A DNA stretch of 64,000 bases from Macrostomum lignano (lineage: Eukaryota). The stretch is taken from contig NIVC01000033.1 of the NCBI GenBank assembly GCA_002269645.1, positions 547,335 to 611,334 of the forward strand, read 5' to 3'. Below, in pieces: positions 50,998 through 62,699 of this stretch; the first letter of the stretch is position 1, and every line of letters starts with the position of its first letter. A model generated the notes under the pieces. It worked only from the letters and a program-made list of their open reading frames with translations, was not told where the DNA came from and ran no database searches. A program made the position numbers and the translations under genes.

Positions 50998-52725
50998 GAT
51001 TCAATGTACAAGTAATTTTTCGCACTATACAGAAACTTACTGTCGATTAGTCAATTATAGTTACGAGCTCCTACATTTTGTGCGTTGTCAATTCAGTTGT
51101 CGCTGGTTGGGCTTCCTTTTAGGTAGCAGGGCAGCCTAGTTATTATCTAAGAAGGCCAAACGCATGGCCCACGCGATACCGCGCAGAAGAAATTTTCTAA
51201 ACAGCAACACTGTCGGCAATTATTGTGCCTAAGTGCTTTTAGACTGGTGAGGGTAGACATAACGCGAATTTGGTGATAGTGTACACTCGTACCATTACCA
51301 TGTACAATAAAATGGAGTGCAGGGAGGCTCAAGTAAATGTGAAAAAAACGCTTGACAACACTTATAGCCTACTGTACTGGAGATCGTACACTACTCTGAA
51401 CCTGAATATGCTTTTGGACCAATATGTAACGTCGAATACGAATACATATTACGTACTGATATATGCATGCTTTTGCATGCCAAACTGTATTCAGTAGAAA
51501 ACCAATTGCCACCCTTCGACCGCATAAGCAGCAGAGGACATTGGTACATGTATATGCCTACTTTGTGCAGTCTATCATATCTAGCCTCCCAATTCCCTCC
51601 CCCCTGACTGTCTTCCTCCACCTCTTCTGTCGCAAGCTACAGACGTAAAGTACAATGTGTGTACACTCTAGCTAGCTAGCTGCCTCTTCCCTCTCTTGTG
51701 TCTAGTTCATTTCTGATTACTTCCTCATAGCAATTCCCGGGAAAAGTCTTTGACACCGCTTCGTGCAGTTGAATTGATAAATTTGGTTTGTTGTTTGAAC
51801 ACTCTCGACACTCTGAGCTGGAATTATCTGCTCCTAATTGTCCATGTCTGTTAGTTTAAAAAGATGATTTGTGTCAGTTGTTTTAATAATATCCCGAATA
51901 AAGCCATGTATACGAACTACCAATTAAACATTGTTCCATGCGAGATTTACGGGTAATTTTCATTTGCCGAGCTACATGTATCAGGCGAAAGGCAGCTCTC
52001 AAATCTCACATTCCGACGTTGTTTAATGTCGAAGTAGCATTGCAATTTGCTAGCAACGTCGTTAAAACATCGGCCAACTTCTGATTATGGCAGCACGGGC
52101 ACCGGTAGCATATACGATTGGAACACTACCATGAATTATGGCACGAATCACTAGAAATAAACTTGAATACACACGTACTGTACAGTTATTGTTAGCGGAA
52201 TAGCCGGAGGAGGAACAGAGAAAATTAGAGTGCATGCACAAGGACTACTAAACAACACATGACATTACTTGCAAATATTGGCAGAATTCTAAAAGGTCGC
52301 TTTGAATGTATGCCAATTAGTTAAAAAAATTAATAGAAATTATAAATGTCTAGTGAATAAAGCCTTTTATGTGCACTTTCGTATGTAGCCGTATTGTACC
52401 AACACGTCCGGTTTGTCCGGTTTGATGGCTATGTTTTTGGCGCTGAGAAAAATTCATTTCATTTTCGTCAAACTCCAATTCAAGTCGACAATCTGTTGAC
52501 GCAACTTCTATAAACTCTGATTCACTTTCGTCAAAGTACGTCCAAAATCGTCAATCGTGTGAAATTGAAGGTATAATGTTTTACAACGGTAACTTTTATA
52601 GTTGGTCCTTTGATGGTATTGCGAATAATAATTATTTTTTACATGCAACCAATTATAGGTAAGGAATAAAACAAAAATAGGCGAGCTAGAGAGCTAGAGG
52701 TCAAAGCCCCTTGTGAGACACAAAA

Positions 52726-54686
52726 GGAAGCCGTTCTAGGTAACGCTTTGCTGTCTTCCTCCTGTCTTCTTGGAGCCTTTGATAACGTTCTCTTCGAGGC
52801 TTTCGACAGAGCTTTACGTGCTAGAGGAACCCACTCGCACCTTACCCGGTGGATCTATGATCAGCCACCGTACTGCCACCGCGCACCTGTTGGGCCACCA
52901 ACGGACGGTAACCGTCTGCAAAGGCAGCCCCCAATGCAAGGCGGTGTTCTCTCTCCAGCTCTCTGGAACATGCCCGCTTGACAAAATAACGTGATTTTAC
53001 GTGAAAATTACGTGAAATTGTCAAGCGGGATGGTCATCGATGAGCTCTTTCAGGACAGCCATCTTGACTCCATCCTCAAGGTCGGTTATGCCGATGATGT
53101 CACAGCCGTGACATCCGGGCCATGACCTGAAACCCTATAATGGGATCTTTTACAAAACTTTATTTGCTCTGCTGAATTATGGGCGGACAGGTGTGGCATC
53201 AGGCTCTCCGAGATCAAAACTGTCGCGATCATGTTCACTAGCAGGGTTAAATGGCGTATTCGCCCACTAAAGCTTTACGGGGTGGAAATCCCATCCTGCA
53301 AGCAAACCAAGTGTCTCGGCGTTACGCTGGACCACAGGCTGAGCTGGTCCACCCACGTCCAGGCCAAAACCAAAAAAGCCCTCGCGATTCTTGCGCAGCT
53401 GCGCAGAGCCGTTGGCACTACATGGGGCCTCACCCCGAAGCGGCTCTGGTGGATCTATACCGCAATAGTCCGGCCGGCCGTTACTTACGCCGGCCTGCCC
53501 TGGACCTGCGCCTTGCAGATTAAAACCTGCCACAAAGCCCTAAAAAGGTGCAGGGACGTGTGTGTCGCATGGTCATGAAAGGCCCGCTCTCTGCTCCTTT
53601 TGACGGCCTCAACGCCTTCCTCTGCCTCCCACCCTTGCACATCTTCGTCCGTCGGGAGGCTGCTAAAACCACCCGCCGGCTCATCGAGGCTGGCGTTAGC
53701 TTCAAGCCGCAATTGAGCGATGACGAAGCGCAAGTTTCTGCCGCACTCTGATTTGTGCCTTAAAATTCTGAAGGAGAGCGGGAGTGCGGCTGTCCTTTCA
53801 GACGCTGAGCCGCGCTCCCTCAATCTCTACCAACGCTTCAAGGTCACTATCCCCTCCAGGGAGAACGCCGACGACAGCTGGGCCCCTCCAGGGGGTCCAC
53901 TGCTTCACTGACGGATCCTCCTAAAACGGCACATCCGGCTTTGGAGTTTGTTTCCTTAGCCGCCTTGCAGGCACTGTGTCATACCAATACCAACTCCCGA
54001 ACAGTTCACGGCTGTATTGGGCAGCTCAACAACCTGGGTCGGAGGAACACCGTCCGGCTTACCAGGGCCTAGGGCATGCCGGGTTCAGAGGTAGCGAGCT
54101 CGTGGACTCCCTCGCTAAGACGGGTAGGCTCCAGCTCGCTTCTTGGCCCCTCGCCTCTGGCCCCCATCCCCGCCACGGTCTTTAATCGCCAGATTAACGA
54201 CTGGGCGGATATCCTGCTCCTGCGCATGCAGATGGGATGGTATTTCCGACTGCCGTCAATCCCGGGCGGCAGTGCCCAACCCGTCCCTCAAGCTGCAGAT
54301 AATGCTTTTGAACCAAAATCGAAAAGATATCCGCGCGAAGCGAGCGAACTCCTGCCTCTTTCAACCTTGAAAATGAAGATGGCAACTATCACTTCATCTG
54401 CTACTGTCCGGCCTTCAAACGAGACCGGCTCCACTACCTCGGGTCCAACCCGTCCCTCGATGACGCTTGCCGGCCCGAGAACATCACACGACTCACCCCG
54501 GTTCCTCCTACCAAACGAGTCTGCCGTCTTCCCCACCGAAGACAACGCTGCAGACAGGACTGACAGACCTCCCTGACTGGCCCCCCGCCCTAGCCTATGC
54601 GGGCTCTTCAAGGATTAGCGGAATGGGCGACGCTCGCCTCCCCGCGTTTTCGGATCGCCCTGTAGCTATAAAGTCAAGAAAGTCAA
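52726..54686 (+). mobile_element. 5'-truncated, degraded non-LTR retrotransposon with RT and RNase H remnants (R1/LOA-like)
   Basis: Motifs QGGVLSPALWN, GYADD, KCLGVTLDHRLSW, WGLTPKRLWWIYTAIVRP, and an RNase H-like TDGS remnant. Tail AAGTCAAGAAAGTCAA; TSD GAGACACAAAA at 52715-52725 and 54687-54697. Many stops and frameshifts. Confidence 0.9.
52973..53029. mobile_element. 57-bp micro-MITE nested in the LINE RT
   Basis: 12-bp TIR CCCGCTTGACAA/TTGTCAAGCGGG; 3-bp TSD ATG; removal restores LWNMVIDEL. Confidence 0.85.
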
Positions 54687-56820
54687 GAGACACAAAACGC
54701 AGGTATATATTACATAATTAATTATATTATATATGTAAAGCCCCCTCTATAGCGGCGCACCTACCATGCATGCACCCAACATCGCAGCCAACAACCCCCT
54801 CCTTACAAAAGGCTCCTCGCAATTCAAAAAGCGACAGCAATTAGCAGCAAAACTATGGAAAATGAGCCGAGGTTTGAAAATGATTTTATGACTGATCGAT
54901 TTCTATGGCGATGAGAGAGCAAAGGATCGGAGCTTCTAAATTTTTAACTTTTCCTATAAATCCTATATACCGGTACATGTACATAAATACGTCGGCGCAC
55001 ATGTTCTGTGCATTATAGTAGTCCAGTGCACGCACAAATCATGTTACTTCTATGATGGATTTTAAAGACTGCAGTATATCTTCAGTTTTTCCAGTTTTTA
55101 GCATATTCATTAAACAGTATTTTGTTGCGACACGTGTATCACACTGCAGATACAGCTGACGTTATTTCGACAGAGGTCGACTAGGACAATGTACGTACTT
55201 CTGACGCTGAAGTAAGTATACTATAGCAAAAAAATAAATGACCAGGATAAAAAGAAAAATTCTTGCATATTATTTATATGCAGCTCATGCCGATTTTTTA
55301 CTAATTTAGATATTCTTTGTTAAAACAAGTGTCTTATTCAACGTCCATTGAATATTCTGTCCATTCATCACCTCTTGTTTTTTCAATTGCCATTAAGTCG
55401 TTACACGTTAAAAGTTGCTCGTCTTTTTTTCAGGCTTTCATATAACATACTTTTTACAATAATCGCCAAATATTTACATAAATTTCACGCAATTTTATTT
55501 ACTTGTCTTTTTTAATTCCTTACTTTTATTACTTCGTCAGTCGTTAAAGCTCGTTCAAAGTTTCGTTAATAACATTCACGCGCTCTTTCAAATACTATTT
55601 TGCAAAACACGTAACTTGAATTTCGTACTTAAATAACTCATGCATAAATATTGCCTTCTATTCTTGAATTATCCTTAAACACGCTGAAATATATTGGCCA
55701 AACAGGCTTCTTGCCTAAGCCAAGCTTACTTACTACTACTACTACTTACTCGTAAATTGGAAATTATCAGCGCTTCTTTAGTTTAGACAGGACAGGACAG
55801 GTTCTGAATCTTTAATTTTGTGACTCGGAGGTGTGGCAGCTGTCTGTAGTCACTAGTCAGAATCTTGTAGGCTACCGGCTAGACGACGAAGTACTCTTAA
55901 TCAGCTTTAATAAATAGGTCTACGTTGAATCTGGAGTCTAAAGCTAGTATTAGGCCTAGGATTAGGCCTAGTATCAATATCAACCAATATATAGGCCTAT
56001 ATCAAGATAATAGTTTCATTGCTCAGCCTTAGTCGATTATTTAGTCGACGACTCGACGTCCATCGTCGTCCATGTCTAGGCTCCTAACCTCTTCTAGCTA
56101 GATCTAGGTAAACCTAGCCCTAGGTATATCAAAGTTTAACAGACTTTTCCTACTTAATAATACAGTGATATTCAATTTAGGTCCATTTGGCGTGGCCTAT
56201 TTTAGATCTATTTTAAGTCTATCAAGGTCTGTTTAATTATTTTAGGTCTATATATCTAAAATTCAATATGCTAAAAATCTGGTCAAATAATTTGTTGGCT
56301 TAGGCTATTGCTTAGTAGTATGACGTAGCGAGTTCAAGATGTAGTTAGTGATTAATTAATTATTAGTTTTTTATTTATTAGTTAGCTAGTTCAATTATTA
56401 GTAGTGTTAACATGCAGGCTGCGCAGGGTACAAGACAAAATGCTGAGTTGAGAATACAAAAATGAGCACAAGGCAACAATTTAAATTGGTAGGGAAATCT
56501 GATTCATTTAAACCTAGGATGTCTATCAAAAAAGGTAATAATAACTTGGACTTAAATAAATAAAACCATAAGTACATTTTCTCTAAATAAATTACATTAA
56601 ATTAATAGCTGGGGAACCTGCAAATTAATCAACTAGGCCTACAATAATTTTAAGTAATAAAAACTTAGAAACTAAAAATTTAAGATGCTAACGATGTTGT
56701 CACAATAGGCCTTATTATTTGTTGTTATATTTAGTCTACCTACTGATAGAATCAATAAAAGTAGCCAATGTTAAAGTTTCAATATGATTTTATCTTTATG
56801 CAATTTTTACTTTAAATGAA

Positions 56821-57256
56821 GGCAGTGCTTAGGGGCCTATCCCCACGGTATCGTAGGAATAATTTCTGTCTTATTCCAATGGTACCGTGCGAATAATTTT
56901 CTGCTTATCCGCACGGCACACTGAGGAGATAGCTGCCCTATCTTCTACATATGCCGTGTGGGAAGTTTAGTACATACGATTTGAGTGCAGTATAACAACA
57001 TAACTTGGCTTGAACATTTGTTCTAAAGAAATAAAGATTTAACGACTTTTCTATGAGAAAGAATTTTTTTGTATAGTAACAAATAATTTAAATTGCGTGC
57101 CGTGCGGATAAGCAGAAAATTATTCGCACGGCATATATAGAAGATAGGGCAGCTATCTCGTCAGTGTGCCGTGCGGATAAGCAGAAAATTATTCGCACGG
57201 TACCGTTGGAATAAGACAGAAATTATTCCTATGGTACCGTGGGGATAAGCACTGCC
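56821..57256. mobile_element. Mutator-type foldback MITE (long TIRs of about 130 bp, 9-bp TSD TTAAATGAA)
   Basis: GGCAGTGCTTA.../...TAAGCACTGCC long inverted repeats; TSD at 56812-56820 and 57257-57265. Confidence 0.9.
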
Positions 57257-58681
57257 TTAAATGAATAATGTATAAGACAAAAAGATTTTAGATCAATATT
57301 CTCATAAGAATTTGGCTATCCTATAGAATCATTTATTAAATTCACTGTATGGCTATATGCATATTTTTAAGCTAGGCCCTAGCTTATTAACATGAAACTT
57401 TCCAAAAATGAATATTTTCATTATGCAAAAATTTTAGAAGTGTTTAAAAGTGTTTATTTTTGTTAGTTCAAGGGCTGGACAGACCTTTTAAGGTGGCACA
57501 ATCTATGTTAAGGCAGAAGGTCATCTGCTAGCCATTTTTAAGTGGAAAGCACTTTATTTGCAGTATTTTCAGTTTAGTAGTGCCCATCTCCTTAAAGCCT
57601 TAGAGTTCGTAACTAATTTTGGCCATAGAAATTTTTTTGCCAGTGACATCAGTGTACAAATTTAAAATTGCATAATTGTTATATAATAATTTTTTTAAAA
57701 ATCTAGAAAAACCTAGAAATTGCAATAAATGAGCATTGCAATAAATTGCAATAAATGAGCAATAAATGAGCATTTTTTGTTATGCTCATGTCTATTGTGC
57801 CATTCAAACTTGTTTTATAATATAATATTACATTAACATAATTCAATGCAAGAAACCAAAAGATTTCCAAATATTTGACTTTGTAACTACTCTCTATATC
57901 TTTAGCTTTTGTATATAAATAAGTGTTTTAAAAGTATAGACCCTATAAATGAAATATTCTTATTTTATATGCTTTTCTAGTTAATTTTTTTCTATTGTCT
58001 GGGCCTTATAATATACTCTACTATTTCATTGTAGCCAAGGTCTAAACCATAGTCTGGATCATGCTAGTTGCACACTCAAAAAAATTGAATAGTAGGCCCC
58101 TAACAAACATATGCCAAATTTTGAGTGCATGCCTACACTCAAATCTAGGCTAATATTGAAATAATAAATGAACCTTTTTGTATTGCAATAATAAATTGGT
58201 CATTCTACATTCTACAATAGGGTCTTATCATGTTTTTAACGTTTAAGCACTTTTAACTTTTGAACTATAATAGATAAAACAAAGCTACAAAAAGCAATCT
58301 GTGTCAAGCTTCTAGTTCCATATTTTTCACAGCTGCTAATGAATTCTAAAACAATTGAACACATAGCAAAGCATAAACTATGTTGATGGCTAATGATCAA
58401 ATCAAACAACTGGGGATCTATAAGGATCTACTATTTGTAACATTTTAGTATATTACTGGCATGCCTACCATATTTATATATCCAAGATTAATAATATTTT
58501 TTTCAATATAATATGGCCCTAGGCTAAATGTAGCCTTGGCTTATATTATAATTATAATTAATTGTTAGGCCTAGATTAGGTCTAGACCAGGGTCAGGTCT
58601 AATAATTAATATATAAAAAACTATATTAATTTAATACATACAAACATCTGTACATTTAAAAAGCATCTACTTTGTTTTGGC

Positions 58682-59338
58682 CCCTATTGGAATAAGTTTC
58701 AAAAACCTGCGGACGCGCGACACGGGTGCCAAAATTGTGCCCTCAAAAGCACGACACCAAATTTTGTTGACTGGGGGGCGGCGACGCGCAACGCAACACC
58801 GATGTCTGTTGACTGAATGACTGGGGGAGGGGGACGCCACAGCAGCCATGTTGCAATTGACAATTCCCATTCTGCTGTTCACTCCCGACACCAAAACCAT
58901 GGAGCGAAGGACAAGAGTATTCCTTTCAATTTCGCGGAAAAAGAAAAGAAATTTAAAAACAATAAACAGTAAAACAACAAAGGTACAACACTTAAAAAAA
59001 CAGTGCACGCATTGTAACTAACAAGTAACATTTCTAAAAATTAGTTACTTTACCATCAAAATAAAAAAGAACAATTCAAGAACTAGTTATTAGTTATTAT
59101 CAAACATGTTTGAAACATTTAAATACCAAGAAACAACCATAAACATATTACAATGAAACACAGTTTGCAAGGTTTTGGCTACAGGTCCAGGCCGCGACGC
59201 GATGCATGACAACACCAGGTTTCCAGTGTCACGCGACGCGACACACCACTTGACACCACTGTCGCGCGACGCAACACCAGGAGAATCTGAAAATGCGACA
59301 GACGGTTGTCCGCGTTTTGTCAACTTATTCCAATAGGG
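58682..59338. mobile_element. MITE family A copy 2 (TIR CCCTATTGGAATAAGTT, 8-bp TSD GTTTTGGC)
   Basis: TSD at 58674-58681 and 59339-59346; diverged, shorter, inverted relative of 35504-36248. Confidence 0.9.
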
Positions 59339-60707
59339 GTTTTGGCAAATGGTTTTAATATTGTATATAATTTATTATTTCTTTATAGCTACTTTGGATA
59401 GATGATTTTAATTAGTGTTCTTTTTGAACAAAAAAGTTCTTTTCTTTCTTTCTATTCTAAGCTTTCTAAAATTGTTTCAAATGGAATATAATTTTTACAA
59501 TTTTTAATACTAGGTCTAATCTTGGCAACAACAACATGTGTCATGCATATTTATATTGTGCTTCCTTTATTCTATGCATATTTTTTCATTTAAAGCATAC
59601 TTTGTCTGTTTCTTGCTTAACTAAAAAAAGGGGAAAAAGAGACTCATTCTACTATAAGTATTTGCTTATTGTCAGTTAACTTTTAATGTAAAGCCTAAAT
59701 ATGTCATTGCTTTCAATTGACATTGCAAATGCTTCTAATTGATGGTTACATTTGGAAAAAAATCTGCTTGAAGTGTGTCTGCACTAAAATCATAAAGGCC
59801 TGAATAATAAATAATTCTTTGTTGCAACATGGTATTTTTTCTTTTATCCTTGAGTCTTTAATGTCAATTATGTGTTAATATATATCTCTCATTTAAATGA
59901 AGCCCTAGGCACTTTAAATGACTTAAAAGTTTTGCTTAGCAACAAATTGGCTAAATGGTTCTTTAAGAAATCAATTATAAATGAATAGATAAACAAATAG
60001 CACAAAATTAGTCCATAGACTAGATTTTTAGTATTACTTTTATTACCAACTATAATATAATATAGTCATATGCACAGGTACACATTTATATATACATGCT
60101 CAATTGCCAACCAATCCAACCAATATGGCTAGCATAAATTATGGTAGACCAAGGTGCAAGTTGCTGCATAGACCATTTTTGATAGGAATTGACTAAAATT
60201 TAAAAAAAATTTTGGGTATGCACAGGAGAATACATTGGCTTATAGATTGGTTCTCAAAGGCAATAATTGAATTATTGCTTATTCTTTGAATTTACTCATT
60301 AAGAATGCAAGGCTAATTCTTGTGCATACTATGGGATGTGTCGAGCATGTTTCACATTCACTGCAAGTTTGAAGAAAAAAGAAATGCATGTTAATGCTCT
60401 TTTAAGCAATTTTTATTGTTGCTGAATGTTGTAAAAATAATCTGTACTGTAATTAGGACAACTAACAAGGTTTTTAATTATTTCGATAGAATTCAAAGGT
60501 ATTTTATTTTGTACCAAAATATTTTTCCATTACTTCTAAATTTGCATTTCTGGTAGTTGAGAAGCAAACTCCATCTTTGCTAAAAACAATTGAATTAAAT
60601 TTTACTGCCATCAAATATTTAGTTGCTGGGCGACCTCCCGGGGCGTTAGCGAATTCGTCCATCAGCCGCGACTCCCTTGGAGCAGCGGCTGGCCGGCCAT
60701 CGAGCTG

Positions 60708-62589
60708 ATGGACCAGCTCGACCTGTTCAACGAGGCTCTGTCGCAGGACTTCGGCAGCTCCGGCGCTGCAGGCCAGCAGCAGCCGAACGGCGCCAGCGAG
60801 ACCAACAATAACGACAAGGACAAGCCAAACAATGGAGCTCCGCATTCTGTTGCCAATGGCAACGGGCCTCAGCAGGCGGCGGTTGAAGAGTCTTTAGAGG
60901 ATTTGGACGATGACGAAATTGACAAGCTGATCATCAAGCCGGGTCAGCAACCTGTGACGTCAGCTCCTGTGCCATCAGTCCAGTCTCCGAATCCCATCAT
61001 CGTTCGTCATCAGTCGGTTTCTTCATCTAGCAACGGCATAGCAACCACCGCGCCGGCCCCCGCAGCCGCCGTGCCGCCTCAACATCGCTACCAGATTGTT
61101 CGCGGGACCTCCGTAGCTTCCGGCCTGCGCGCCCCGTCTGGCGCCGTCATACTGCAGGTGGCGCCAGGCGGAGGCGGCGCCGGCGCGGGGAGCCGCGGAC
61201 AGGCGGTGATCCGGCATCACGTGATCGTGTCGTCGTCCTCTTCTGCTGCGCTGCGATTCGCTTCGCCTGGCGCGCCGGCGCCTTCTTACGGCGGCGTCCG
61301 GCCGATTGTGCGTCTGGCACCGCCGCAGCTGCCACGGCAGGCGCCGCCGCCTCCGGCCGATAAGCCGACTGACCTGCTGGAACTGGCGCTGGCCGAGAGC
61401 GGCCTCGGCAGCTTGACCGGCGCGTCGCAGCAGCAGCCACCACAGCCGCCACCAGTCCAGGTGCCGTTCCAGGTGCGCTTGTCCACTCCGCAGAGTTTGC
61501 CACGCAGCAACCACCGCCAGTCTGGGCCTGTCGGCGCGCCTTTCTCGCCGTTGGTCTCCGTCGGTCAGCCGGGCTCGGGTTCGACGACGCCTCAATCGAC
61601 TCTGAAATCGGCGGCGTCCGCCCCGGCGCTGACTCAGCAGGAGCGCGAGCGGTTGGCTCGGGACCGACTGGCGCATCGAAATTTGGCGCTGCGCCGCCTG
61701 CGCGAGGAGGCCGCCGACGAGTTGGAGGACCAGCTGGAGGAGCTGGGAGCGGCGGAAACCTACAACGACTACAGGTGACCTCGAGTTTTGCATTTCAAGG
61801 CGGACTCGAGTTGTCAGTCTATGATAAATGAGTCAGGCATGATATGTCAGTCTATGCGAATGAGTCAGACATGATTTGTCAGTCTATGATAAATGAGTCA
61901 GGCATGATATGTCAGTCTATGCGAATGAGTCAGACATGATTTGTCAGTCTATCATAAATGGTCAGGCATGATTTGTCAGTCTATGTGAATGAGTCAGCTA
62001 TGTGAATGAGTCAGGCATGGTTTGTCTGTCTATGCGAATGAGTCAGGCATAATTTGTCAGTCTATACGAATGAGTCAGACATGATTTGTCAGTCTATACG
62101 AATGAGTCTGATATAATTTGTCAGTGAGTGAGGCCTGACTTGTCAGTTTGTATTGAATGAGTCAGACATAACTCTAAGTCAACGTCGACAATGAGTCAGG
62201 GCCTCATGCATTCTATCTCGCCCAGGCCGCAGAAGCTCCGCATCGGCAGCGCCCACCCGGATGTGGTGGTGGAGTCCAGCTCCCTCGCCGCTGTGGAGCC
62301 GCCGGACGTGCACTACGAGTTGCGCCTGCCAAGCGAAGTGATCGATGACGCGCTGCTGAGCAGTGCTCAGCTGGAGGCGGTGGTGTACGCCTGCCAGCGG
62401 CACGAGACCATCCTGCCTAGCGGCCAGCGGGCCGGCTACCTCCTTGGCGACGGGCCGGGCATGGGCAAAGGCCGCGTGTTGGCCGCCCTGTTGTACGAGA
62501 ATTACCTGCGCGGTAGGAAGCGCGCCCTGTGGCTGTCCGTGTCTAACGACCTGCGGGTAGACGCGGAGCGAGACCTGCGCGATCTGCTG
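60708..62589 (+). CDS. SBNO1: Strawberry notch homolog, 5' exons (gene continues beyond the window)
   Basis: Exons 60708-61774 and 62226-62589 join in phase 2: [11 protein letters not shown]|[20 protein letters not shown]...[13 protein letters not shown]...[14 protein letters not shown]...[23 protein letters not shown]. Start codon is tentative; the symbol is family-level (SBNO1/2). Confidence 0.92.
61810..62170. repeat. About 32-bp minisatellite GTCAGTCTATGCGAATGAGTCAGACATGATTT in an SBNO intron
   Basis: About 11 degenerate tandem units. Confidence 0.88.
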
Positions 62590-62699
62590 GTGCGTTGGTT
62601 GCGGGGACTGCCGAACAGTAGAACTGGGAGGGAGGTCGCAAGTTCGATTTTTGAGAGGGTTCCGTTTCCATATGCTGTCAGTATTGCTGGAATCTAGAT

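Noticed and set aside
55100-55800. AT-rich stretch with a faint coding-like pattern on the minus strand
   Set aside because: Multiple stops and no identifiable motif; cannot be supported without a database search.
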